Virus record (IMG/VR): IMGVR_UViG_3300034151_000114
Span: 7,634-71,633 of that record
Length of the DNA stretch: 64,000 bases
Direction: 5' to 3' (one strand)
From: a virus
Lineage: Duplodnaviria > Caudoviricetes
Position numbers and translations under genes: made by a program. Below, piece by piece: positions 33,755 to 42,974 of the stretch. The notes under the pieces were generated by a model. It did not search any database, was not told where the DNA came from, and was given only the letters and a program-made list of their open reading frames with translations. The first letter of the stretch is position 1; the number at the start of each line of letters is the position of its first letter.

Positions 33755-34067
33755 GCTTGATCATCCGCCGCAGCCTGAAACCGTCGGGGCACCACACGAC
33801 GCTGGCGTCGACCCCGGGCTTGGCGAGGTTCCCGATGATCCGGTCGACGATCCCGAGGTCCCCGATCCAGCGGATGCAGACCCCCTCGGTCCAGTAGAGC
33901 GACTTCCCCGAATCGCAGTAGATGTACCCCCAGTGCCGCTCCCTGTAGCGGGTGCAGTCGTAGGCCGCAGCCTCGGCGGGCCGGTGCTGCGGCAGCGCCA
34001 CCACGGCCGTGCCGACGCTCGCTGCGACTACGGCGATCGCTGCGAGCCATGCCCTCAGCTTGTTCAT
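33744..34067 (-). CDS. secreted four-Cys protein
   Basis: MNKLRAWLAAIAVVAASVGTAVVALPQHRPAEA signal, then C...C...C...C. Confidence 0.7.
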   Translation of the reverse strand: MNKLRAWLAAIAVVAASVGTAVVALPQHRPAEAAAYDCTRYRERHWGYIYCDSGKSLYWTEGVCIRWIGDLGIVDRIIGNLAKPGVDASVVWCPDGFRLRRMIKHVI

Positions 34068-34273
34068 CTCGGTCCCTCCCATGCTTCCAGTGCCGCCGCT
34101 ATCTGTTCCCGGAACGACGAGCGGGCCAACACGTTTGCCATCGTCGGGCACAGTGGACAGTGCCCGACGATGTACCGCTCGTGGAAGTCGTCCGGCCGGG
34201 TCTCGTGCAGCATCCGGTCCACGGCGCGGTCCGTCGCAAGGGCGCAGTGGCCGAACAGCTCGTTGCGGTCCAC
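34064..34273 (-). CDS. hypothetical protein
   Basis: Coupled GTG. HCPLC. Confidence 0.55.
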   Translation of the reverse strand: MDRNELFGHCALATDRAVDRMLHETRPDDFHERYIVGHCPLCPTMANVLARSSFREQIAAALEAWEGPR

Positions 34274-34455
34274 TAAGGCCTTTCTCTCCAATACTGGTAC
34301 CGGTTCAGCACACCAGGGGACAGCTCGCCCTCCTGCTTGAGGACGTGGTGCTCGTAGCCCAACCGTTCCAGGGCCGTGCGGGCCTCCTCGAAGTTGCACT
34401 CGATCGCATTGTCGATCTCGCCGTCGACCAGGCTCACCACGAAGTAGGTCGTCAC
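34273..34455 (-). CDS. hypothetical protein
   Basis: Coupled GTG. Confidence 0.55.
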   Translation of the reverse strand: MTTYFVVSLVDGEIDNAIECNFEEARTALERLGYEHHVLKQEGELSPGVLNRYQYWRERP

Positions 34456-34637
34456 AGCACCCCCCAGAACGCAGCAGCCTCTTCGTAGCCTTCCAGGATC
34501 CGGTTCATGTCGCCCGAGCGGTAGTTGGACCAGATCCGCGAGCGCAGCTCGCGCGGGAGCGAGAACCAGTGGACCCGGCAGGCGAACATCGAGGACTGGA
34601 CCCTGATCTCGCATTCGGGGTGTGGGCATGTCTCCAT
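34452..34637 (-). CDS. conserved Cys/His protein (leaderless start)
   Basis: CP.P.C...V...MFACR.HWFSLP.ELRS.IW..YR.G. TGA-TATCCT lies 7 nt before ATG. Confidence 0.75.
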   Translation of the reverse strand: METCPHPECEIRVQSSMFACRVHWFSLPRELRSRIWSNYRSGDMNRILEGYEEAAAFWGVL

Positions 34638-34699
34638 CTCCGACAGGATATCACACCATGAGCCGGACGATGTGATATCCGATCGTCTATCATGCGCCA

Positions 34700-34954
34700 A
34701 TGGCCATCTATGGACGACGCCAACCGATCAACGGGCGAGCCGGGATCTACATGAGTGTGTGGATGAACACCGAGGACCTCGCTGCCCTCGACAGCCTCTC
34801 GCGCTACTGGGGGCTCAACCGGTCCCAGACGATGAAGCGCGCTGTGGCCGACATGAACGCCGAGAACATCCGGTTCAAGCGCGGACCCAGGCAGGCGACC
34901 CACAAGAAGGGGACCCACCGCCAGCCGCGGCGGATGAAGCGCCTCGAAGGTTAG
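34700..34954 (+). CDS. CopG/RHH-like DNA-binding protein (leaderless start)
   Basis: YMSVWMNTEDLAALDSLSRYWGLNRSQTMKRAV. TATCAT lies 6 nt before ATG. Confidence 0.7.
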   Translation: MAIYGRRQPINGRAGIYMSVWMNTEDLAALDSLSRYWGLNRSQTMKRAVADMNAENIRFKRGPRQATHKKGTHRQPRRMKRLEG

Positions 34955-35029
34955 AAGCCCGGGCCCCCCGGTCAAGTCAAGCGGGCGGCAATCCTTGACG
35001 CTGGGGGGGCCAACGGGCTTCAATGGAAG

Positions 35030-35500
35030 TTGCCCACCTCCGGTTCAGAGACTAGCCGGAGTCCCCCCGGAAAGGAAGTCTCTTTGAGCCCCTCCTCCTG
35101 CGGCCACCCCGCTGGCGACCGAGCCAACTGGGGCACGGCCACCCTCTGCGCCCGGTGCCTGTGCGACCGCAAACAGGCGATCCGCGAGCACCTCGGAATG
35201 CCCCCTTTGTCGATCGGGAGGCCCGGATTGGGCCGCCCCGAGTACGGACCCGAGGTCTTCAACCTGATCTGCGAGGCCTGCGGGGCCGGATGGTGCGGCC
35301 GACCCGGCGAAGAGTGCCATTATTGCGCGATCAGCCTCGAACTGACGATCGAAGAGCAGCGCAGGCTGCTCTTGACGCCCGAACAGGGCCAGAACCTCCA
35401 ATCGTGGGTCGAAAGGCTCGCCCGGGGGGTCGAATCCGGGCTCATCACCCAATGGGAGGCCCGAAACGCGGCCAAACGGGCCAAAGGCCGCCAACTGTGA
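35030..35500 (+). CDS. Cys-rich hypothetical protein (start uncertain)
   Basis: CGH...CARC.C and CEACG...CHYC, coupled to the helicase. Confidence 0.5.
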   Translation: MPTSGSETSRSPPGKEVSLSPSSCGHPAGDRANWGTATLCARCLCDRKQAIREHLGMPPLSIGRPGLGRPEYGPEVFNLICEACGAGWCGRPGEECHYCAISLELTIEEQRRLLLTPEQGQNLQSWVERLARGVESGLITQWEARNAAKRAKGRQL

Positions 35501-36336
35501 GCCATATCGACAACTTCGACCCTCAAGTAGAGCTTGAGGCCCTTCTCAACCCCCCTTCGAGGCGCCAGGTGCGCCTCACGCCCGCTTCGGCGATCAAACC
35601 GAGGCGCCAGCCGTGGTTGTGGGCCGGAAAGCTGCCTCTGGGCGAGCTGGCGCTCACCGTGGGCCGCGGAGCGGTCGGAAAGTCGTGTTTCCACGCCCGG
35701 GTCATCTCCGACATCACCCACGGGCGGCTCCAGGGCGACCTGTTCGGCACCCCGCGCGCCTGCGCCATCGCTTCGACCGAGGATTCGTGGGAGCACACGA
35801 TCGTGCCCCGTCTGATCGTCTCGGGGGCCAATCTGGACATGGTGTACCGGCTCTCCACGGTCACCGAGGAGGGTGTGGACGTCTCGATCAGCCTCCCGGC
35901 CGACCTTCCGTCGCTGGAGAGCGTGATCTTCGAGCACCGCATCGCCCTGGTCTCGGTCGACCCCCTCCTGGGCGTCGTGGGCGACTCGATCGACTCCCAC
36001 AAGGACGCCGAGGTCCGTCGTGCCCTGCAGCCGCTCGTGGACGTCGCCCACACGACCGGGTGCTCGATCCTGGGCAACGCCCACTTCACCAAGTCCTCGG
36101 CGGGGACCGTCGACGGGATCATGGGCTCCGCCGCCTTCGGGAACGTCCCCCGCTCGGTACTTGCATTCGTCAAGGATGTCGAGGCCGGGCATTGCACGAT
36201 GACCCAGATCAAGAACAACCTCGGCCCCGAAGACGCGGCGGGGTGGAACTACCTGATCATCGCTGGCTACTACGACACCGACGAGGGCGAAACGCTCGCC
36301 ACCGGCCAGTTCGCCTGGCTGAGCAAAGGACACTGA
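35497..36336 (+). CDS. AAA_25 / RepA-like replicative helicase
   Basis: WLW.GKLPLG.L....GRGAVGKS, Walker B LVSVDP, H.TK...GS.AF..VPR.V, IKNNLG. Confidence 0.85.
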   Translation: MSHIDNFDPQVELEALLNPPSRRQVRLTPASAIKPRRQPWLWAGKLPLGELALTVGRGAVGKSCFHARVISDITHGRLQGDLFGTPRACAIASTEDSWEHTIVPRLIVSGANLDMVYRLSTVTEEGVDVSISLPADLPSLESVIFEHRIALVSVDPLLGVVGDSIDSHKDAEVRRALQPLVDVAHTTGCSILGNAHFTKSSAGTVDGIMGSAAFGNVPRSVLAFVKDVEAGHCTMTQIKNNLGPEDAAGWNYLIIAGYYDTDEGETLATGQFAWLSKGH

Positions 36337-36760
36337 AATGAGCAGAGCCCCCTTCCCGGAGAAAGGAGGCTCGACCCGGACGTTTAGAGGCGTTTCGCGG
36401 TCCCCACTGTAGCGCACAGCTCTGACAGACACCAGCCGGATGGCCCGGGGAGAGGTGGGTTCACCCATTATCGGAAACCTGGGACGAACGTCGGGGAAAG
36501 ACCGCTCAGTCGCCTCCCTTCCAGAGGCCGCTCAGTGACCGGGCCCCCGATCCGGGATTTGATCCCGGCAGGCGCGTGCTCCGCGACAAGGAGAGCGGGT
36601 GCCCGCCCCCGAGAGGGGGCGGGTGGTCCCGAGGCCTACCCGGTGGACCGAGAGTCCAGAGACAAGATCTCGTTGGTTACATCCCACGCTTGGACCCGGG
36701 GAGGAAGCCCCCCAGGCGAAGGGGTGGGCCAGCGCGCACCAACTTCGTAAGGTGGCCGAT

Positions 36761-37312
36761 GTGACATCCGAACCAGCACCCGGGCTCTGCCCGGGGTGCG
36801 GGCACCCGGAGAACACGCTCATGCACGTTCTCGGCCATCGCGGCAACGAGAGCTGGTCCGTCTCGTTCCGCACGGACATTTCCACCTTCGAGGCCAACGA
36901 GAGTGAGATCATCAAAGCCGTGGCCAGAGAGGCCGAGCGTGCGTACCTCGGGTACGTCCTGTGCGAGGAGTGCGGGACACAGACCCTCCAGGAGGTGGCG
37001 CGGGTCACGGGCGGGCTGTGCGGAGACTGCGCCCGCAAGCTCTCGGGCCCCAGGGTCCGCGAGGCCGAGGTCCTCATCGAGGGGGCCCGGGTAACCGTCC
37101 CTCTGAGCGGGCCGAGGAAGCGCTACGGCAGCCGGGGGAACCCGAAGACGCGCCGCAAGGTCGAACGGGCCAAGCGCCACGCCCTCCGTCGCCTGCGCTG
37201 GCTGTACCCGGGCGAATACGACGTTCTGCTCGCCGAGGAGCGGCGCAAGGCCGGGCTCGACCCGTACCCGACGGATCGCGTGGTCAGGACCTTGACGGAC
37301 CCACCCACCTAG
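36761..37312 (+). CDS. zinc-finger protein (leaderless start)
   Basis: CPGCGH and CEECG...CGDC. TAAGGT lies 7 nt before GTG. Confidence 0.65.
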   Translation: MTSEPAPGLCPGCGHPENTLMHVLGHRGNESWSVSFRTDISTFEANESEIIKAVAREAERAYLGYVLCEECGTQTLQEVARVTGGLCGDCARKLSGPRVREAEVLIEGARVTVPLSGPRKRYGSRGNPKTRRKVERAKRHALRRLRWLYPGEYDVLLAEERRKAGLDPYPTDRVVRTLTDPPT

Positions 37313-37322
37313 GCTGCGGGCT

Positions 37323-38903
37323 ATGTCACTGCGCACGGCCACGCGCCACGTGCATCGCCCGGGCCGTAACGGCGACGGGGAAGCACACGTCGAGGTCGTC
37401 GCCGCTGCCGACTTCCGCTGGACCCGTCCCTCTGACCGCAAGTGGCTTGCGGCCAACATCGCCCGCTCCCAGATGACCGGGCGGCGGCCATGGCTCGACT
37501 ACGAGCGCATCGGCGAGGTCCGCAAGGCCATCTCGCGCGCTGCCCGCATCGCCGGGTACGCCAAGCTCCGCTGCGTCGAGGTGAACCCTGACGGCACCGA
37601 CGGCAAGACCATCGAGACCGGGGACGCCGCCGAGATCGTCCAGGGCATCTACGCCCCCTACGGAGGGGTGCGCGGACTCGTCGACCGGTTCTTCGCCTGC
37701 ATGAAGGTCCCCGGCGACTCGATCCTGCTGCGCTACCTCGCCGACGACGGCGAGTACGACGGGTACCACTTCGCCTCCGCCGACGAGATCCAGTGGGCCT
37801 CGGTGGGCGAGGCCAGCTTCGCCAACACACCCACCGACGACCTCAAGTGGATCACCCTTCCGGCCGGAGGGGGAGGGGCCGGGTCCGAGGCCCTCACCCG
37901 CCCGGTGAGGGGCCGGGACGTGCTCGGGCGGGTGTGGCTCCCGGGCCGACGATGGATCGACATCCCGGACTCTCCCCTCGCCGCCCTGGAGACCGAGTGC
38001 GAGGTCCTGTGGGGCCTCACTGAGGCGATGAAGGCGAACATCTATCAACGGTTCATCCTGGGCGGGATGATGGCGTTCCCCTCCGAAGTGCAGACCGTGC
38101 GCGTCGCCGGGATCGCCCAGGGCCCGAACCAGAGCCTCCTCGAATACGTCGAGCAGGCGATGCTGCGCAACGTCGAGGACCTCTCCACGGCCGAGTCGCG
38201 GATCCCGATCCTGATCTCCTGCCAGGGCGAGCACATCGACCAGATCAAGGTGATCCACGTCGACCGGGAGATCTTCGAGACCGACCTGCGGCTGCGGGCC
38301 GAGCTGATCGAGCGGATCCTGTTCGGGCTCGACATCCAGGTTCAGGCGACCAAGGGGAACGAGGATGCGAATCACTTCACGTCCTGGGTCCAGTCCGACG
38401 AAGAGGTCCGCATCGCCGTCCAGCCGGACCTGGACACGATGTGCTGGGCGCTGACCCGTCTGGTCTTGCACAAGCAGCTCTCCGAGGAGCGCGGCTGGTC
38501 CGACGGCAGGATCATGGGCCTCAAGATCGCCTGGGACATGAGCGAGTCCTCGACCCGCACCAACAGGCAGGAGGACGCCCGTCAGCTCTGGGACCGCGCC
38601 ACGCTCGGCAACGCCCCAATGATGCGAGTCTCCGGATTCTCGCCCACCGACGACCAGATGTCCGAGGCCGAGCTGATCCGCTGGGCCGGGATCAAGCACG
38701 ACAATGCGTACCTGACCCTGTGCGGGCTCGACAAGATCGACGATCTCGATTGGGAGCAGGTCGAGAAGTTCGCCAAGATCAAGCCGGGGCCCTCCGCCGA
38801 CGGCGAGGGGGAGGACCCGTCGGCAGGACCCGGCGTGGGCGAGCCGGGGAGCCCGTCAGAGACCGAGCGCGGCCGGACCGGCCGCACGTCGAAGAATCCT
38901 TAG
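37323..38903 (+). CDS. portal protein
   Basis: 526 aa, first gene of the head module. GRVW.P.......DSP..AL...L...GG....P.E and NH.TSW motifs resemble actinophage portals. Confidence 0.75.
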   Translation: MSLRTATRHVHRPGRNGDGEAHVEVVAAADFRWTRPSDRKWLAANIARSQMTGRRPWLDYERIGEVRKAISRAARIAGYAKLRCVEVNPDGTDGKTIETGDAAEIVQGIYAPYGGVRGLVDRFFACMKVPGDSILLRYLADDGEYDGYHFASADEIQWASVGEASFANTPTDDLKWITLPAGGGGAGSEALTRPVRGRDVLGRVWLPGRRWIDIPDSPLAALETECEVLWGLTEAMKANIYQRFILGGMMAFPSEVQTVRVAGIAQGPNQSLLEYVEQAMLRNVEDLSTAESRIPILISCQGEHIDQIKVIHVDREIFETDLRLRAELIERILFGLDIQVQATKGNEDANHFTSWVQSDEEVRIAVQPDLDTMCWALTRLVLHKQLSEERGWSDGRIMGLKIAWDMSESSTRTNRQEDARQLWDRATLGNAPMMRVSGFSPTDDQMSEAELIRWAGIKHDNAYLTLCGLDKIDDLDWEQVEKFAKIKPGPSADGEGEDPSAGPGVGEPGSPSETERGRTGRTSKNP

Positions 38904-38943
38904 CAGGAGGTTGCAAGTGCAACGATCATTCGGAACCAGGAGC

Positions 38944-40245
38944 ATGACCAAGCCCGAGGGGATGCTGCGCGAAGCGCACTGGCCCTCGATGGCCAAGATG
39001 GACAGCCGGACCGGCGACGGTCGACTGTTGATGTCGGGCGGGGGCGGGACGCGCGAGCTGCCCCAGACGTTCAGCTTTCAGTTCCACACGGACATGGGGC
39101 ACCTGGGAGCAGTCCCGGTCGGGCGCGTCGACCAGCTCATCTTCGACGACGACGGGAACATCGAGGGGTGGGGCTGGTTCATCGACAGCGACGAGGGGCG
39201 CAAGGCGGTCCTCGCCGTGGCGACCCAGATGCAGCGCGGGAACTCGATCGAGCTGGCCGAGATCAAGGTCGACATCGACTTCGACGAGGACTGGAACCTC
39301 CTCATCGACTTCGTCGAGTGGAACTTCGCCGGAACGGTCGGGGTCGCCCGCCCGGCGTTCAAGGACGCCGAGATCGAGTTGACCGACGAGCTGACGGCGG
39401 CCATCTTCGCCGACGAGACGCCGCTGGAGATGGTGAGCGACTTCGAGATCGCCTTCGAGCTGAAGGTCCCCGAGACGACGGCCTCGATGGACTCGACGGT
39501 CCCGTGGGACGACTTCCACATCCCCGAGTCGGAGCACCCGCACAAGATCGTCGTCGACGCCGAAGGCCGGGTGTACGGGAACCTCGCCGTGTGGGACGAG
39601 CCGCACCGCGGGCTCGCCCAGATCGGGCAGCTCCGCACGGCCCCCCGTCCGCGTCAGGGCTACACCGAGTTCAACCACCCGGGCCCTCTCACCGAGAAGG
39701 GTCAGGTCGGCACGGGCCCGGTCTTCGCCCTCGGCGGGCACCCCAAGACCTCGATGATCGGCAAGACCCAGACCGAGATCCACCAGGCGTACGGCGGGAT
39801 CGAGAACGCCTGGGCCGACGTGCGGGTCTCCGAAGGCCGGTTCGGCCCATGGGTCAGTGGCCGGGTCCGCCCGGGCCTCGACGACGAGACGCTCTACGCC
39901 GTGCGCGCCTCGCACATCTCGGGGCACTGGATCGGCGATGACCTGGTTGCCATCGTCTCGTGCAACGTCCCCGGGTTCAAGCCCGGCGCAGGCTTCGCCT
40001 CGGTCACCGACGGGCGGGTGGTGGAGCTGGTCGCCTCGTTCCCGGCCCAGCCCGACGCCCCGTCCGCGATCCACGTGCCGTCGGCGATGCCCGCCGCAGG
40101 CATGTCGTGGCCGGGCATGCTGACCTTCACGCCGACCACCCTCTCAGTGACGCACAACTTCGAGGCAGTGGTCGAAGAGACCGTCGAGCCCGTCGACGAC
40201 CTGGCTGTCGCCAGGGCCAAGGCGCTGCTCGATCTGGACGAGTAG
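38944..40245 (+). CDS. capsid maturation protease
   Basis: DGRLL...R.LP, G..PVGRVD, GRVYG.LA.W..PH.G, G.WVSG..RP, SG.W...LVA..S.NVPGF. Lies between portal and capsid. Confidence 0.75.
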   Translation: MTKPEGMLREAHWPSMAKMDSRTGDGRLLMSGGGGTRELPQTFSFQFHTDMGHLGAVPVGRVDQLIFDDDGNIEGWGWFIDSDEGRKAVLAVATQMQRGNSIELAEIKVDIDFDEDWNLLIDFVEWNFAGTVGVARPAFKDAEIELTDELTAAIFADETPLEMVSDFEIAFELKVPETTASMDSTVPWDDFHIPESEHPHKIVVDAEGRVYGNLAVWDEPHRGLAQIGQLRTAPRPRQGYTEFNHPGPLTEKGQVGTGPVFALGGHPKTSMIGKTQTEIHQAYGGIENAWADVRVSEGRFGPWVSGRVRPGLDDETLYAVRASHISGHWIGDDLVAIVSCNVPGFKPGAGFASVTDGRVVELVASFPAQPDAPSAIHVPSAMPAAGMSWPGMLTFTPTTLSVTHNFEAVVEETVEPVDDLAVARAKALLDLDE

Positions 40246-40280
40246 CACCGAGACAATCGGGCCGCCGGTTCGCAAAGATG
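40242..40280 (+). promoter_or_regulatory. 39-bp element upstream of the major capsid gene
   Basis: 34/39 identical to 48337-48375. Confidence 0.75.
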
Positions 40281-40319
40281 AGGCGAAACCGCTAGCTATC
40301 GCCCACAGGGAGGCGGCTC

Positions 40320-41969
40320 ATGTACCCACAGGTTCCGGAGCGCTTGGAGGCGCTGAGCGTCGCCGAACTGGACACGCTCGCCGCCGAGATCAGAGCAGCG
40401 TGTCTCGCCGCTCTCGCCGACCCCGAGCTGACGGCCGAGGGTCTCGCCACGGAGGAGGAGTTCCGTGCCAAGCGGACCGAGATCCTCGCCCTGGCGGCGA
40501 CCAAGCGGGCGGCCGAAGGCGACCTCGCCGAAGAGCCCGAGCCCGAGCCCGTCGTCGAGGCCGCCGACGAGACCGACGACGACGAGGATGAGGGCGGCGA
40601 GCCCGAGGCCTCCGAGGACGAAGAGAACGAGCCGGTCGCGGTCGCTCATTCGAGCCGGGCCGTGCGCACGACCACCTCGGTCAGTGCCAGCCCGGACGCC
40701 TCGGTGACGGCGGCGCCGCAGATGGCGCTCGACCAGTTGATCGCCTACGAGTCGGCCCCCGGGGCCAAGGCCGGTGAACCGTTCAACTCGTGGAGCCACT
40801 TCGCCGAGTCGATCCAGGAGAAGGCCAAGCTCGTCGACGTCTCGGCCGGACAGAAGTTCGTCGTCGGCCAGGCCCGCGGCCACTTCGACGAGGACCACAA
40901 GCTCGGCACCAACATGCTGACCAACCTGGCCCTGTTCGAGAAGAGCCAGGAGATGGTCGCAGCGATGTGCGCCCCGGCGATCCCGACCTACAACCTCGGG
41001 TGCGCCAACACGGCGCGGCGTCCGGCCCGTGGGAGCCTCGCCGCCTTCCAGCCCGCTCAGCGAGGCAAGGTCACGGTCTACCCGAGCCCGACCCTGGAGG
41101 ACATCACGACGGGCGTCGGTCTGTGGACCGAGGCCGACGATGCGAATAGCTCGGCCGTCAAGTCGGCCTGTGCCACGATCGAGTGCGCCACGCCGGTCGA
41201 GTACGTGATCTACGGCATCTACCGGTGCATCACGATCAAGAACCTGCTCCAGATGACCTTCCCGGAGCTGGTCGAGGCGTACCTGAACCGGCTCTCCGCC
41301 GCCTGGGCTCGCCTCGCCGAGGTGACCCTCCTCAACGCCATGGGCACGGCCGCCGACAGCGTCGACGTGACCGGGACCGGCTGGGGTGGCACCGTCTCGA
41401 TCCTGCGAGGCGTCCTCCAGTACCTCAACGCCTACCAGGAGCTGCAGCGCTGGGACGTCGGGCAGCTCGACGGCTGGGCCCACCGGGGCCTGCTCAACGC
41501 CATCAAGGCCGACATCATGTCGCGCAGGCGCACCGACGGCGGCGTGACCCAGGCTCCCTCGGACGCCCAGATCAACGCTGCGTTCCGCGACGTCGGGGTC
41601 AACATGACCTGGTTCATCGACCGCCCGACCTGGATGACGGCGCTCACCCCGTTCCAGGGGGCCGGTAACCAGTTGGCCGCCTTCCCGACCTCGGGCGAGA
41701 TCATCGTCGCCCCCGCTGGCAAGTTCGCCGTGATGGACCGCGGCGAGCTGAACATCGGGGTCACCGGGAACGGCCTGTACCGGGACAACACGTCCAACAG
41801 CCGCAACGAGTTCACGTTCTTCTTCGAGTCCTTCGAGGGGCTCGTCGACACGGACTCCTGCCCGGCTCACATCCTGCAGTACGACAACCTGTGCTTCAAC
41901 GGCCGCCAGCTCGCCGACATCCTCGTCGGTTGCTCCGGCGAGTCCACCACGGCTTCCGGCGCACTCTGA
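40320..41969 (+). CDS. major capsid protein with an acidic N-terminal scaffolding-like extension
   Basis: 549 aa, SD ggagg, CAP..P.Y.LG...RP.R..L..F...RG.V, followed by a terminator. Confidence 0.85.
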   Translation: MYPQVPERLEALSVAELDTLAAEIRAACLAALADPELTAEGLATEEEFRAKRTEILALAATKRAAEGDLAEEPEPEPVVEAADETDDDEDEGGEPEASEDEENEPVAVAHSSRAVRTTTSVSASPDASVTAAPQMALDQLIAYESAPGAKAGEPFNSWSHFAESIQEKAKLVDVSAGQKFVVGQARGHFDEDHKLGTNMLTNLALFEKSQEMVAAMCAPAIPTYNLGCANTARRPARGSLAAFQPAQRGKVTVYPSPTLEDITTGVGLWTEADDANSSAVKSACATIECATPVEYVIYGIYRCITIKNLLQMTFPELVEAYLNRLSAAWARLAEVTLLNAMGTAADSVDVTGTGWGGTVSILRGVLQYLNAYQELQRWDVGQLDGWAHRGLLNAIKADIMSRRRTDGGVTQAPSDAQINAAFRDVGVNMTWFIDRPTWMTALTPFQGAGNQLAAFPTSGEIIVAPAGKFAVMDRGELNIGVTGNGLYRDNTSNSRNEFTFFFESFEGLVDTDSCPAHILQYDNLCFNGRQLADILVGCSGESTTASGAL

Positions 41970-41983
41970 TTCCACCTGCTTCG

Positions 41984-42013
41984 GGGCCCACCGTCTCTCG
42001 GGACGGTGGGCCC
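41984..42013 (+). terminator. hairpin after the major capsid gene
   Basis: gggcccaccgtc/gacggtgggccc. Confidence 0.75.
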
Positions 42014-42035
42014 TGGCGCGTGCGAGGATTGAGCC

Positions 42036-42881
42036 ATGTCAGTACAGATCGACCCGCCGCCCCGCAGCTCCCGGCCGTACGGCACGGCGGTCACGAGCTA
42101 CTACCAGCTCGACACCGGCCCGTTCGAGCCGAACCCGAACCGGTGGGCTTTCGACGGCGTCACCTTCGTGCCGTACGGCTGCGACACGCTCCCCCAGGAG
42201 CTGGGCGTCGATCCCTGCGACGATGCGGACAGCGACGAGGCCGGGGACGCCCCGAACCCCGAGGCGGTCGTCACGTTCCCCCCGTTCCGGTTCAAGGCGC
42301 GCGTCCGCTGCACCGACCTGTCGATGACGCCCGAGGAGCTGAGCAAGTACCTCGACGTCCAGTGGGAATCCGAGGTCTCGCCGATCATCGCCGAGCAGGT
42401 GATGGCCGGGGTCTGGAACTCCGCAGCGCCGACCCTGATCTCCGAGGCTGTCGACGTGTCCCAGGCGAACATGGCCCAGCCGATGGAGGCCGTCGGGGCC
42501 GTCGAGGACGGGCTCGCCGACGCCTGGCGCGGCTCGGTCGGCATGATTCACATGCCCCCGAGCGTCCTGTTCCAGGTGCGGTCCGTGCTGACCTTCCAGG
42601 ACGGCCGCTACTACACGCCTTCGGGCCACGTCGTGGTCGCCGACGCCGGGTACCAGGCCGGTTCACCGGCCTCGGGTGTCGTGACGACCAACACGGCGTG
42701 GATCTACGGCTCCTCGCCGGTCCACTTCCTCTACCAGACGCCGAACTGGAGCGGGTTCGACTGGGAGAACATCGACTTCACCCGCAACGAGATCACCATG
42801 CGGGTCGACGGGATCGCGATCGCCGTGTTCGAACCCTGCTCCGTGGTGGCTAGTTTGGTCAACTACGCCGAGATCATGTGA
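42036..42881 (+). CDS. second capsid-like protein (putative pentamer or minor capsid)
   Basis: Position after the major capsid gene. W..GV.F.P.GC, PF......C...S, TP.G..VV...GY and W.Y.S.PV pattern. Confidence 0.55.
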   Translation: MSVQIDPPPRSSRPYGTAVTSYYQLDTGPFEPNPNRWAFDGVTFVPYGCDTLPQELGVDPCDDADSDEAGDAPNPEAVVTFPPFRFKARVRCTDLSMTPEELSKYLDVQWESEVSPIIAEQVMAGVWNSAAPTLISEAVDVSQANMAQPMEAVGAVEDGLADAWRGSVGMIHMPPSVLFQVRSVLTFQDGRYYTPSGHVVVADAGYQAGSPASGVVTTNTAWIYGSSPVHFLYQTPNWSGFDWENIDFTRNEITMRVDGIAIAVFEPCSVVASLVNYAEIM

Positions 42882-42893
42882 TCGTCCTCGCCG

Positions 42894-42974
42894 TCAGAAC
42901 ACCTTGACGGCGAGGACGATGGCGATGATGAGGGCGGCGATGGCGATGAGGGCCACGAGGCTGATGTTGTTCAC
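42894..42974 (-). CDS. 26-aa antisense single-transmembrane peptide
   Basis: MNNISLVALIAIAALIIAIVLAVKVF. TAGGCT -10 lies 6 nt before GTG. Fills an otherwise empty gap. Confidence 0.6.
   Translation of the reverse strand: MNNISLVALIAIAALIIAIVLAVKVF

Noticed and set aside
36340-36750. Replication origin after the helicase
   Set aside because: The gap is poorly coding, but I see no repeats or AT-rich unwinding element to support the call.
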